From contig NC_081358.1 of the NCBI RefSeq assembly GCF_030684315.1, positions 12,012,142 through 12,076,141 of the forward strand: 64,000 bases of DNA, in the 5' to 3' direction. Each line of letters begins with the position of its first letter. Position 1 is the stretch's first letter. Positions 27,267 through 37,951 of this stretch are shown in pieces. This stretch comes from Stegostoma tigrinum. Taxonomy: Eukaryota. Position numbers and translations under genes: made by a program. The notes beneath the pieces are model-generated. The model searched no databases and was not told where the DNA came from. It saw only the letters and a program-made list of their open reading frames with translations.

Positions 27267-27749
27267 AAAGCATACTTTGCAATGGAAACTGTCCAATATC
27301 CAACGCTGAATTAGAAGAAGACATTTCCTCTATTGCCTCCAGGCTCTACCGCAAACGCCATTCTCAAGCCATTGACCCGCACCCGCTCTATCTTACTTTC
27401 CTAAACTTGCTGTCACATTTGTCACAAAAACGGCCACGAAATGGCCACACATCTGTTTTGTCATCGCTTCAATCAATTACGAAGGAATCTTCTTTTTCAA
27501 TTCCGCTACCTCACCTAAATTATTTTCTCTCTCCTCTAACAGCATTCAACCAGGCTGGAGTCAACTTGACACACATATCCTTGTCTGACAACTGCCTAAA
27601 ATCACATTTTTGCACATCCACACCCCAGCCCCACCCAGTCCGAATTAAAATTCATCAAAAATCCTGCGATGAAAACAATATCACAATGGCAGTTATAAGT
27701 TTTAAATTAAGCTGCTTTAAAGAATATAAACTGGGCTTCTGTCTGCAGT

Positions 27750-29050
27750 AAAGCTGGATAAACACAGCAGGCCAAGCAGGATTAGAGGAACAGGAAGGCT
27801 GACATTTTGAGCCTCGACCCTTCTTCAGAAATGGCGGAGGGGAAGGAGGTTCTGAAATAAATAGGGAGAGAGGGGGAGGCGGATAGAAGATGGATAGAGG
27901 AGAAGACAGACAGGTCAAAGAGGCGGGGATGGAGCCAGTAACGGTGAGTCGAGGTGGGGAGTGGGGAGGTAGGGAGGGGATAGGTCAGTCCAGGGAGGAC
28001 AGACAGGTCAAGGGGGCAGGATGAGGCTAGTAGGTAGGAGATGGGGGTGGGGCTTGATGTAGGAGGAGGGGAGAGGTGGGAGGAAGGACAGGTTAGGGAG
28101 GCAGGGACGAGTTGGGCTAGTTTTGGGATGCGAAGGTGGGGGAGGTTTTCAAGCTTGTGAAGTCCACATTGATACCATTGAGCTGCAGGGTTCTCAAGCA
28201 GAATATGAGTTGCTGTTCCCGCAACCTTCAGGTGGCATCATTATGGCACTGCAGGAGGCCCATGATGGACATGTCGTCTGAGGAATGGGAGGGGGAGTTG
28301 AAATGGTTCTCGACCCGGCAGTGCAGTTGTTTAGTGCAAACCAAGCCTAGGTGTTCTGCAAAACTGTCCCCAAACCTCCAAGATAATAAAATGTGAGGCT
28401 GGATGAACACAGCAGGCCAAGCAGCATCTCAGAAGCACAAAAGCTGACGTTTCGGGCCTAGACCCTTCATCAGAGAGCATCTCTGATGAAGGGTCTAGGC
28501 CCGAAACGTCAGCTTTTGTGCTCCTGAGATGCTGCTTGGCCTGCTGTGTTCATCCAGCCTCACATTTTATTATCTTGGAATTCTCCAGCATCTGCAGTTC
28601 CCATTATCTCTGTCCCCAAACCTCCACTTGGTTTCCCTGATGTAGAGAAGGCCACAACGTGTACAGCAGCTGCATTATACCACATTAGCAGATGTGCAGG
28701 TGAACATCTGCTTGATGTGTGAAGTCTTCTTGGAGCCTGGGATGGGGGTGAGGGAGGAGGTGTGGGGGCAGGTGTAGCACTTCCTGCGGTTGCAGCAGAA
28801 AGTGCTGGGTGTGGTGGGGCTAGAGGGGACTGTGGAGGGACCAGAGAGAGTGGTCCCTCCAGAAAGCAGATAAGGGTGGGGAGGGATAAACGTCTTTGGT
28901 GGTGGTGTCGGATTGTAGGTGGCAGAAGTGTCGGAGGATGATGCGTTGGGTCAGGAGGTTGGTGGGTTGGTGAGGACAAGGGGGATTCTGTTTTGGTTGT
29001 TTTTGCAGGGACGGGCTGTGAAGGGTGAGTTGCGGGAAATGTGGGAAATA
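27750..29050 (-). mobile_element. Penelope-like element, left (inverted) arm of a composite; interrupted by a younger palindromic insertion
   Basis: Minus strand carries decayed GIY-YIG (FGDSFAEHL...HFNSPSHSSDDMSIMGLLQC) and the same 3' region as 29520-30600 in inverted orientation. Confidence 0.88.
28381..28609. mobile_element. Young, near-perfect palindromic PLE-terminus element with intact hammerhead cores on both strands (28446-28473 minus, 28483-28510 plus)
   Basis: Arms of about 96 bp with one visible mismatch around a 3 nt loop (gca); tail on the right; perfect 17 bp TSD ctgtccccaaacctcca at 28364-28380 and 28610-28626. Confidence 0.95.
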
Positions 29051-30624
29051 GCTTGGACCTGCCTCTTTGTACGTTACATGGAACAATCCCTCTTCCATAG
29101 CTATACTGGCCCTAAACCCCACCATTTCCTCCGTTACATTTGATGACTGTATCGGTGCCACCTTGTGCTCCCACGAGGAGCTCGAACAGTTCATACACTT
29201 CACCAACACCTTCCACCCCAACCTGGAGTTTACCTGGGCCATCTCTAATACCTCTCTCTCCTTCCTGGATCTCTCTATTTCCATCTCTGGCCACCACCTG
29301 GAAACCGATATCCATTTCAAGCCCACCGACTCCCCACAGCTACCGAGAATACACCTCCTCTCACCCACCTTCCTGCAAAAATTCCATCCCCTATTCCCAA
29401 TTCCTTCACCTCCACCGCATCTGCTCCCAGGATGAGGCATTCCACTCCTATACATCTCAGATGTCCTCGTTTTTCAAGGACCGCAACTTACGCATCTCAT
29501 TGGTCGAGAATGCCCTCAACCATGTCTCCCGCATTTTCCGCAATTCATCCCTCACACCCTCTCCCCGCAATAACAGCCAAAACACAAACCCCCTTGTCCT
29601 CACGTACCACCCCACCAACCTCCAGATCCAACGCATCATCCTCCAGCATTTCCGCCATCTGTAATCCGATCCCACCACCAAAGACATTTTTCCCTCCCCA
29701 CCCTTAACTGCTTTCTGGAGAGACCACGCTCTCTGTGACTCCCTTGTCCGCTCCACACTCCCCTCCAGCCCCACCACACCCAGCACTTTCTGCTACAACC
29801 GCAGGAAGTGCTACACCTACCCCCACACCTCCTCCCTCACCCACATCCCAGACCCCAAGAAGACTTTCCACATCAAGCAGATGTTTACCTGCACATCTGC
29901 CAATGTGGTATACTGCATCAGCTGTACCCGTTGTGGCTTCCTCTACATCGGGGAAACCAAGTGGAGGCTTGGGGACCATTTTGCAGAACACCTACACTTG
30001 GTTTCCACTAAACAACTGCACCTCCCAGTCGCGAACCATTTCAACTCCCCCTTCCATTCCTCAGACGACATGTCCATCCTCGGCCTCCTGCAGTGCCACA
30101 ATGATGCCACCCGAAGGCTACAGGAACAGCAACTCATATTCCGCTTGGGAACCCTGCAGCCCAATGGTATCAGTGTGGACTTCACAAGCATCAAAATCTA
30201 TTCCCCTCACCCTCCGCATCCCAAAACCAGCCCAGCTCATCCCCAACTCCCTAACCTGTCCTTCTTCCCATTTACCCTCTCCTCCCACCTCAAGCCCCAC
30301 CCCCATCTCCTACCTCCTTGCCTCATCCCACCCCCTTGACCTGTCCATCCTCTCGGACTGACCTATCCCCTCCCCACCTACACTCACCTTTACTGGCTCC
30401 ATCCCCGCCTCTTTGACCTGTCTGTTTCCTCTTCCCCTATCTTCTCCTCCACCCATCTTCTATCCGCCTCCCCCTCTCTCCCTATTTATTTCAGAACCCC
30501 CTTCCCCACCCATATTTCTGATGAAGGATCTCGGCCCAAAACGTCAGCTTTTGCGCTCCTAAGATGCTGCTTGGCCTGCTGTGTTCATCCAGCTCTACAC
30601 CTTGTTATCTGCAGTTCATACTAC
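29051..30624 (+). mobile_element. Penelope-like element, right arm: RT C-terminus/thumb, GIY-YIG and 3' terminus (frameshifted)
   Basis: DDCIG...EELEQFIHFTNTFHPNLEFTW..SLSFLDL...HFKPTDS; YTSSHPPSCKNSIPYSQFLHLHRICS; ANVVYCISCTRCGFLYIGETKWRLGDHFAEH; terminal CTGATGA at 30518 with GAAA mutated. Confidence 0.92.
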
Positions 30625-31317
30625 TTTTGTCTGCTATAATCAGAGTTCTAAAGAATTGACAACAATTTCAAGGATAACTATTTTGATAACACATGGCAAA
30701 TTCTTTTCAACCTGTACCACGGTTGACATTCATACAACTCTCTGGCTATCGGAGCAAGTAGATTACAACTCGGATCACTGCCTCAAATACTTTGTGTATG
30801 AGCAGTTAAAAAAGGAGGGATAATGGAAGTCAATGGGTCCTTTCCCAAGATGAGTACTGGCTGCTTGGAAGATAAAAGGCTTGGCATTTTAATGCAGTCA
30901 GCCGATCACGGGCGGTTCGCAGTAGTATGCTCTATTAACCTGAATATCTGGAGGGAGAAGCAACACCTTGACTTGCTGCTCAGTAACCGGCAGCTGCTCC
31001 TCACAGACTCGAATAAATGTCAGACTTGGCTGTGAAACACTCCATGCCAATGCAAGCTGGAAATGTCAAATGACACATTGTAAAAGCTCACTCGTGAAGA
31101 ACATGGCCTTACAAAGTACTGTGTTGGTACACATGGGAACATCCGTACCAAGTAAACAAACCCCCATCCTCACTTGTAAGGCGGAATCACATCTCCTGAA
31201 GATATTGTAAAAAATATATGGAGTTGGCCAGCAAATAACACTTGTGAAGAAAATAAATACCTTCGACTAATGCTGAAAAGGGGATGGGTGGAGGAGGAGC
31301 ACACGATGGGTGGAGAT

Positions 31318-31839
31318 GGACCACAGAAAATATATGTCCATAAAAATGATCCTGAGCTTCCTGCTGCTTGCCACTTCAACACCCCACTGTGTTTCTGTCT
31401 CAGGTTTGCTGCAGCAAAGCTCAGTGCAGACTGGAAGAGCCGCATCTTATTTTCCAATTGGGGACCCTGCAACCTTCAGGACTCAATGTCGAGTTCAATA
31501 ATTTTCGGGTCTGAGCACCTTCTGCCATGTTGTTACCCCAACCCCCACACACCAGACCTTGTAATTACATGGGCTGCTCCCACAAACAACACATTGTCAG
31601 CCATTAACGCTCGCCATTATCAGGTATTCATTCTCCCAATCCTTTGTGTGGCCAGCTGTTTTACTCTCTCTGGGCTCCATATCCACTAGCCCCCACCTCC
31701 CCGCACCCAATCTTCAGCATATATACCAACCTTTTCCGAGCTAAAATCAGTTCTGCAAAGGGTCACTGGACCTGACACATTAACTGAATTAACATTAAAT
31801 TTATGCTTTTGTTTCTGATTTCCTGCATCTGTAGTTCTT
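31318..31839 (+). mobile_element. Older PLE family 3' fragment (GIY-YIG C-terminus, decayed hammerhead, tail)
   Basis: PELPAACHFN and, in another frame, LEEPHLIFQLGTLQPSGLNVEFNNF; ttctgcaaagggtcactggacctgacac at about 31751; ends tgatttcctgcatctgtagtt. Confidence 0.75.
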
Positions 31840-32098
31840 ACTTTAAAAAATCTTATTGCAATATTTAACCAGCTTTTGCGCAGATCAAACACCAGAAGTT
31901 ACTTATGATAAACAACTTCAGGCACTTCGAATTCTGGCGATTGCAGAGAAAAGTTATTTTGGCACAATGGACGTGGTGGGCCCACGAGCATCATTTCCCT
32001 GGGTGACAGCCTGGCAAGTCATTAAAGAAGTAAACAGAACAGCTCTTCAGATTGCAGTTACACAGTAGCACAACAAAGGCCCGAGGCTGGCTGTAAGA
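31840..32098. repeat. Local direct duplication, copy 1 (partner 34607-34864)
   Basis: Alignable end to end with 34607-34864; 71 bp identical run at 32015-32085. Confidence 0.93.
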
Positions 32099-32134
32099 AC
32101 AGAAGTTCAAAGAGCAACAAATGTGACAACAACA

Positions 32135-32400
32135 CAAAATCAAAAGACTGCAGATGCTGGAAATCGGAAAGAAAAACAGGAAATGCTGGAAATCTTAGCA
32201 AGCAGGGCTGCACAGCTTTTAAGGGAAACAGCGTCAATTTCAGGCTAATCTAAAAGCAAATACTGAGGATACTTGAGTTTTGAAATAAAAACAGAAAGCC
32301 TTAGAGGAACTCGGCAGATCTGGCAGCATCTGCGGAGACAGGAACAAAGTTAATACTTTGAATCCCATGATTCTTCTCGGGAACAGTTTCAGGTTGATGG
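32135..32400 (-). mobile_element. Two decayed termini of older PLE families
   Basis: gactgcagatgctggaaatc...aatgctggaaatcttagcaag and gaactcggcagatctggcagcatctgcggagac resemble the arm at 8990-9090. Confidence 0.6.
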
Positions 32401-32528
32401 TTCTTAATTCAGACCGAGGAAAACAGTCATGTAATTGGTTTTGAGCAAGCCAAAGGGCAGGTGTCGGTAATAAATGCTGCTGTACTAATGCTCTCCATCT
32501 CCTCAAAGCAAATATAAGAGAATGTGTA

Positions 32529-32749
32529 CAGGAGATAGTACGAACTGCAGATGCTAGAGAATCTGAGATAACAAGGTGTAGAGCTGGATCAACACAGCAG
32601 GCCAAGCAGCATCTTAGGAGCAGGAAAGCTGACATTTCGGGCCTAGACTCTTTTTCCGATGAAGGGTCTAGGGCTGAAACGTCAGCATTCCTGCTCCTAA
32701 GATGCTGCTTGGCCTGCTGTGTTCATCCAGCCCTACATCTTGTTATCTC
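32529..32749. mobile_element. Palindromic PLE-terminus element
   Basis: Inverted arms plus left tail; TSD ataagaga(a/t)tgtgta at 32514-32528 and 32750-32764. Confidence 0.9.
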
Positions 32750-33049
32750 ATAAGAGATTGTGTAAACTGGTTATTTTGCAGCAACACCAATGCAAATGTT
32801 ACTTACAACATTGCAAACTTTAACTCTGTGACTCAATCTCGGTAGAGCAAATAAACCAGAAGGGAAAAGGTAACTGCACAATTCTGGAACTGAGCCACCA
32901 GTGAGGAGGTTGTCAACTGTTTGGAGGCAGCTCTTAGGCTGCAGACAGGGGTACAGGGATCCAAATAGGCCTGGGTACAGCAACAGTGACCTATTCCTAC
33001 CCCACCCTGCAGCGGCATGGCTGAAAAACCCTCTTTTTTTACTTTAAAA

Positions 33050-34430
33050 CCAGGTTAGGCCAGGTAGCTTAACTTCAGTGGTGGGGAAAATGCTTGAATC
33101 TATCATTAAGGAAGAAATAACAAGACATCTGCATATAAATTGTCCCATTGGGAACACCCAACACGGGTTCATGAAGGGTAGGTCATGTTTAATTAATTTG
33201 GTGGAATTCTTGGAGGACATTACTTACATGGTGGACAATGGGGAATGTGTAGATGTGGTGTATCTGGATTTCCAGAAGGCATTTGACAAGGTGCCACACT
33301 AAAGGCTGCTACTTAAGATAAAGTTGCACGGCATTACAGGTAATGTATAGGCATGGACAGAGGATTGGTTGACCAGTAGAAAGCAAACAGTAGGGGTAAA
33401 TAGGTGTTTTTCTGGTTGGCGGTCTGTGGCTAGTGGTGTGCCTCAAGGATCAGTGTTGGGACCGCAACTGTTCACAACTTAGAGATGATTTGGAGTTAGG
33501 GACTAAGTGTGGTGTGTCAAAATTTGCAGATGAAACTAAGGTGAGTGGTGCAGCAAAGTGTGCAAAAGACACTGAAGGTCTGCAGAGGGATATAAATAGT
33601 CCAAGTGAGTGGACAAAGGTCTGGCAGATGGAATACAATGTTTATGTGGGAGGTCAAAATGGAACAGCAAAATGGACTATGTTTTAAATGGTACAAAATT
33701 GCAGCACGCTGCTGTGCAGAGGGACTTGGGTGTCCTTGTGCATGAATCGCTAAAAGGATTGCAGGTACAGCAGGTAATTAAAAAGGCAAGTGGAATTTTG
33801 TCTGTCATTGCTAAAGGGATGGAGTTTAAAAACAAGGAGGCTATGCTGCAGCTGTATAGGGTCCTGGTGAGGCCACACCTGGAGTACTGTGTGCAGGTTT
33901 GGTCTCCTTACTTGAGAAAAGACATATTAGTACTGTAGGGGGTGCAGAGAAGATTCATTCAGTTGATTCCAGAGTTGAGAGGGTTGGATTATGAGGAGAG
34001 ACTGAGTAGACTGGGATTCTACTCATTGAAATTCAGAAGAATGAGGGGGGATCTTATAGAAACATATAAGATTATGAAGGGAATAGATAAGGTGGAGGCA
34101 GGGAGGTTGTTTCTGCTAGCAGGTGAAACAAGGACTGGAGGGCATCACCTCAAAATAAAGGGAAGCAGATGGAGGACTGAGGTCAGGAGGAACTTTTTCA
34201 CACAAAGAGTTGTGAATCTGTGGAATTCCCTGCCCAATGAAGCAGTTGAAGCTACTTCGCTGAATGTTTTTAAGGCAAGGCAAGATAAATGTTTGAACAG
34301 TAAAGGAATTAAGGGTTATGGTGAATGGGCGGGCAGGTGGGGCTGAGTCTCAAAAAGATCAACCATGATCTTATTAAATGGCGGGGCAGGCTAGAAGGGC
34401 CAGGTGGCCTACTCCTGCTCCTAGTTTTTA
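33050..34430 (+). mobile_element. CR1 LINE, 5'-truncated, several stops and frameshifts
   Basis: VGKMLESIIKEEI..QHGFMKGRSCLINL..YLDFQKAFDKVPH; KFADETK; RPHLEYCVQVWSPYL; RNFFTQRVVNLWNSLP. Confidence 0.95.
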
Positions 34431-34606
34431 CGTAAAACCTTCAAAACTCTGGTGCTCCATCTGACTCAACTGTCATTGCAGACTGCTGCTTCATTTGAGT
34501 TGGAAGACATCTGATTGGCTCACTAGATTTGACAGCCTGCTCACTGTCCTCCAATTGGATTATAAACCCTACCCTCAGACTGTCTCAGGGAAAAGCACAA
34601 CTGGTA

Positions 34607-34864
34607 ACTTTTTAAAATCTTATAGCAATACTTCACAAGCTTTTCTGCAGATCAAACACTAAAGTTACGCATGATAAACAACTTTAGACACTTTGAATTG
34701 TGGCGATTGCAGAGAAGAGTTATTTTGGCACATTGGGCGTGGTGGTCCCACTGGCAACATTTCCCTGGGTGACAGCCTGCCAAGTCATTAAAGAAGTAAA
34801 CAGAACAGCTCTTCAGATTGCAGTTACACAGTAGCACAACAAAGGCCCGAGACTGGCTGCAAGA
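34607..34864. repeat. Local direct duplication, copy 2
   Basis: 71 bp identical run at 34781-34851; flanks diverged. Confidence 0.93.
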
Positions 34865-35198
34865 TCTGACCCACATGTCAATCTAGGATTGGGATGAAAA
34901 CCCTTGATTCCCGCCAGTACCAGAGTGCTGATGTCAAACCTCAAGTGGCTGAGGTCAGGAGAACAAAATCAGCCAAAGTTCTTGCTCCCAATCATTACTG
35001 ATTCTAAGGAATTTGTTAGCAACCTCTGTGTATGGTTATAATCTCTTTGTTTCAACCCACTTTCAACTTGCAGCCTGTAACCACCATTCTGATTGCCCAA
35101 GAAATTGTCTTGATACGACCAACTGATTCAGTGCATGATAATGAAAAATAATAGGGTGTGTTTTTTAATTGAAGATGCCATTTAGAGCCACAAAGACT

Positions 35199-36439
35199 AA
35201 TTCTTTGAGGACGTGACAAAGTTGATTGAGGGAAAGGCTGTAGATGTCATATACATGGACTTCAGTAAGGCGTTTGATAAGGCTCCCCATGGCAGGCTGA
35301 TGGAGAAAGTGAAGTCACATGGGGTCCAGGGTGTGCTAGCTAGATGGATAAAAAACTGCCTGGGCAACAGGAGACAGAGGGTAGTAGTAGAAGGGAGTTT
35401 CTCAAGTTGGAGACCTGTGACCAGTGGTGTTCCACAGGGATCTGTGCTGGGACCACTGTTGTTTGTGATATATGTAAATGATCTGGAGGAAGGTGTAGGT
35501 GGTCTGATCAGCAAGTTTGCAGATGACACTAAGATTGGTGGAATAGGTGATAGTGAAGGGGACTGTCAGAGATTACAGCAGAATATAGATAGACTGGAGA
35601 GTTGGGCAGATAAATGGCAGATGGAGTTCAATCTGGGCAAAGGTGAGGTGATGCATTTTGGAAGATCAAATTCAAGGGCAAACTATACAGTAAATGGAAA
35701 AGTCCTAGGGAAAATTGATGAACAGAGAGATCTGGGTGTTCAGGTCCATTGTTCCCTGTAGGTGGCAACGCAGGTCAATAGGGTGGTCAAGAAGGCATAC
35801 GGCATGCTTTCCTTCATTGGGCAGGGTATTGAGTACAAGAGTTGGCAGGTGAGGCTACAGTTGTATAAGACTTTGGTTCGGCCACATTTGGAATACTGTG
35901 TACAGTTCTGGTTGCCACATTACCAAAAGGATGTGGATGCTTTGGAGAGGGTGCAGAGGAGGTTCACCAGGATGTTGCCTGGTATGGAGAGTGCTAGCTA
36001 TGAACAGAGGTTGAGTAGATTAGGATTATTTTCATTAGAAAGACGGAGATTGAGGGGGAACCTGATTGAGGTCTACAAAATCATGAAGGGTATAGACAGG
36101 GTGGATAGCAAGAAGCTTTTTCCCCCCCAGAGTAGAGGATTCAATTACTAGGGGTCATGAGTTCAAAGTGAGAGGAGGAAAGTTTATGGGAGATATGCGT
36201 GGAAAGTTCTTTACACAGAGGGTGGTGGGTGCCTGGAGCGCATTGCCCGCGGAGGTAGACACAGACATGTTAGTGTCTTTTAAGATGTATCTGGACAGGT
36301 ACATGGATGGGCGGGGAGCAACGGGATACAGACTGTTAGAAAACAGATGACAGGTTAGACAGAGGATCTCGATTGGCGCAGGCTTGGAGGGCCGAAGGGC
36401 CTGTTCCTGTGCTGTAATTTTCTTTGTTCTTTGTTCTTT
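35199..36439 (+). mobile_element. Young CR1 LINE, 5'-truncated; near-identical to 21307-22548 in opposite orientation
   Basis: ORFs 35213-35761 and 35762-36151 with DFSKAFDK, GVPQGSVLGPLLF, KFADDTK; tail ttctttgttctttgttcttt. Confidence 0.96.
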
Positions 36440-37301
36440 AAGACCTTGGCAATGTAACTCAAGACATGCTGAGACACTGCTACTGAATCACCATCTGCAA
36501 AACTTGCTGACACATGCCTCTGCAAGTGACTCGGAGAAAACATTTCAGACCTGCAAAGCTGAGCAAAGGATTATATATTATGTTGGAAACTTTGGGAACA
36601 ATTTTATACAAGTTATGCTTGCGTTGTTCTAAGCTGCATTAAAATCCTGTTCAGTGACAAAATGCAAAAAGATTATTCAAAATAAAAATGTCTTCCCAGC
36701 ATAACTTTGGCTATTTGATTAAAAGATGCTCTGAATGTCATGCACACTCCTACAGTGTTTTTGTTTTTCTGTTTGCTTATTATGCTCAAATTCATTTGGT
36801 TCTGTATATACTGGCAACTAGTGTCTCTTGCTTTTCCACCAATGTATTACAGAAGGCCAGGAGGAAATGTCCTCTTCACTAAATGGCCACAAGTTCTGGT
36901 AGTGTGGAACAGAAATTGGAAGGGGGGATCCTGGATGAATTTCTATTTGGAAGCCTTGGGACTCTTTGGCAAATTGCAATTGTATCATAGGTTGAGATCA
37001 AATCAAGCTGGGCTTCCTCATCACTTAAACAGAGAGCTTCATAAAACTATTATGCACCAACAAACAGCTGAAGACCAGGCCAGGGTTGGGGCAGTGCACA
37101 GATAAGTCACCATTTGCTTGAACTCTTTCTACCTGTTTTTATAATCGACCTGTTCAGTGATGTTATGACATGACTCGGGAATAGGTGGGACTTGAATTCA
37201 GGCCTGGCAGTCCAGGGGCAGGGACTCCAGCACTGTGCCACACTGGGGAACAAGTGCTTCACATTGCATGTCAAATGGCAATTAGTTAATCAATTTCTCA
37301 C

Positions 37302-37480
37302 CATGTTGAATAATGCCATGTTCCAGCAATCTACAGCAGAGCTGTTCCCCTTCACTCCTTAAGGCAACCTCTCCTTCTTGTATCAGCCAGTTGACAAATT
37401 CACTTGCTACAAAGGCACGCTGATATTTCATTCCTTCTTCCTCCCTTGTCTGCATTAGGTAGTTCTCAGTGGTCATCAAC
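37302..37480 (-). CDS. DEPTOR: DEPTOR coding exon 4 (second DEP domain)
   Basis: (K)LMTTENYLMQTREEEGMKYQRAFVASEFVNWLIQEGEVALRSEGEQLCCRLLEHGIIQH(V); CAG acceptor, GTGAG donor; 179 nt, phase 2 to 1. Confidence 0.97.
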
Positions 37481-37727
37481 CTGTTGTGACAAAGTTACAA
37501 ATACACCCCTTGGTTTAAAATAGCTATGCGTACATAAACAGCAACTGACCTAAGAGAGGAGAGAAACAAAACAGAAGTCTATATACGAATGCAATCTTCA
37601 ATCTAAGGCAAACTTAAAATTGCACTGAACGTTCCAGATTCCACAATAAATTGTCCTTGAGTACAGTGATATTTCATGAGTTTGTGTGGCAACTGGTATA
37701 AAAAAAAAGAGACACTTATAATTTGTT

Positions 37728-37951
37728 ACAGAGAGAGTAGAAACTGCTGATGCTGGAGAATCTGAGATAGCACGGTGTGAAGCTGCATGAACACAGCAGG
37801 CCAAGCAGCATCAGAGGAGCAGGAAAACTTGATGTTTCGGGTCAGGACCCTTCTTCTGAAAGGAAGGGTCCCGACCCGTAACGTCTAGCTTTCCTGTTCC
37901 TCTGATGCTGCTTGGCCCACTCTGTTCATCCAGCTTCATACCATGTTATTT
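37728..37951. mobile_element. Palindromic PLE-terminus element (variant stem II GGGTCCTGACCC)
   Basis: Inverted arms plus left tail; TSD gaca(c/t)ttataatttgtt at 37711-37727 and 37952-37968. Confidence 0.9.

Noticed and set aside
27194-27751. 185 aa ORF
   Set aside because: Starts in a TA microsatellite, no recognisable domain, antisense within an intron
31985-32050. Minus-strand CTGAAGA...GAAA in the duplicated block as a hammerhead
   Set aside because: No closing stem II pair adjacent to GAAA and no supporting stems I and III
31856-32068. 70 aa ORF in the duplicated block, and the two copies as an LTR pair
   Set aside because: Copy 2 has an indel and stops; no TG..CA ends, PBS or gag/pol between the copies
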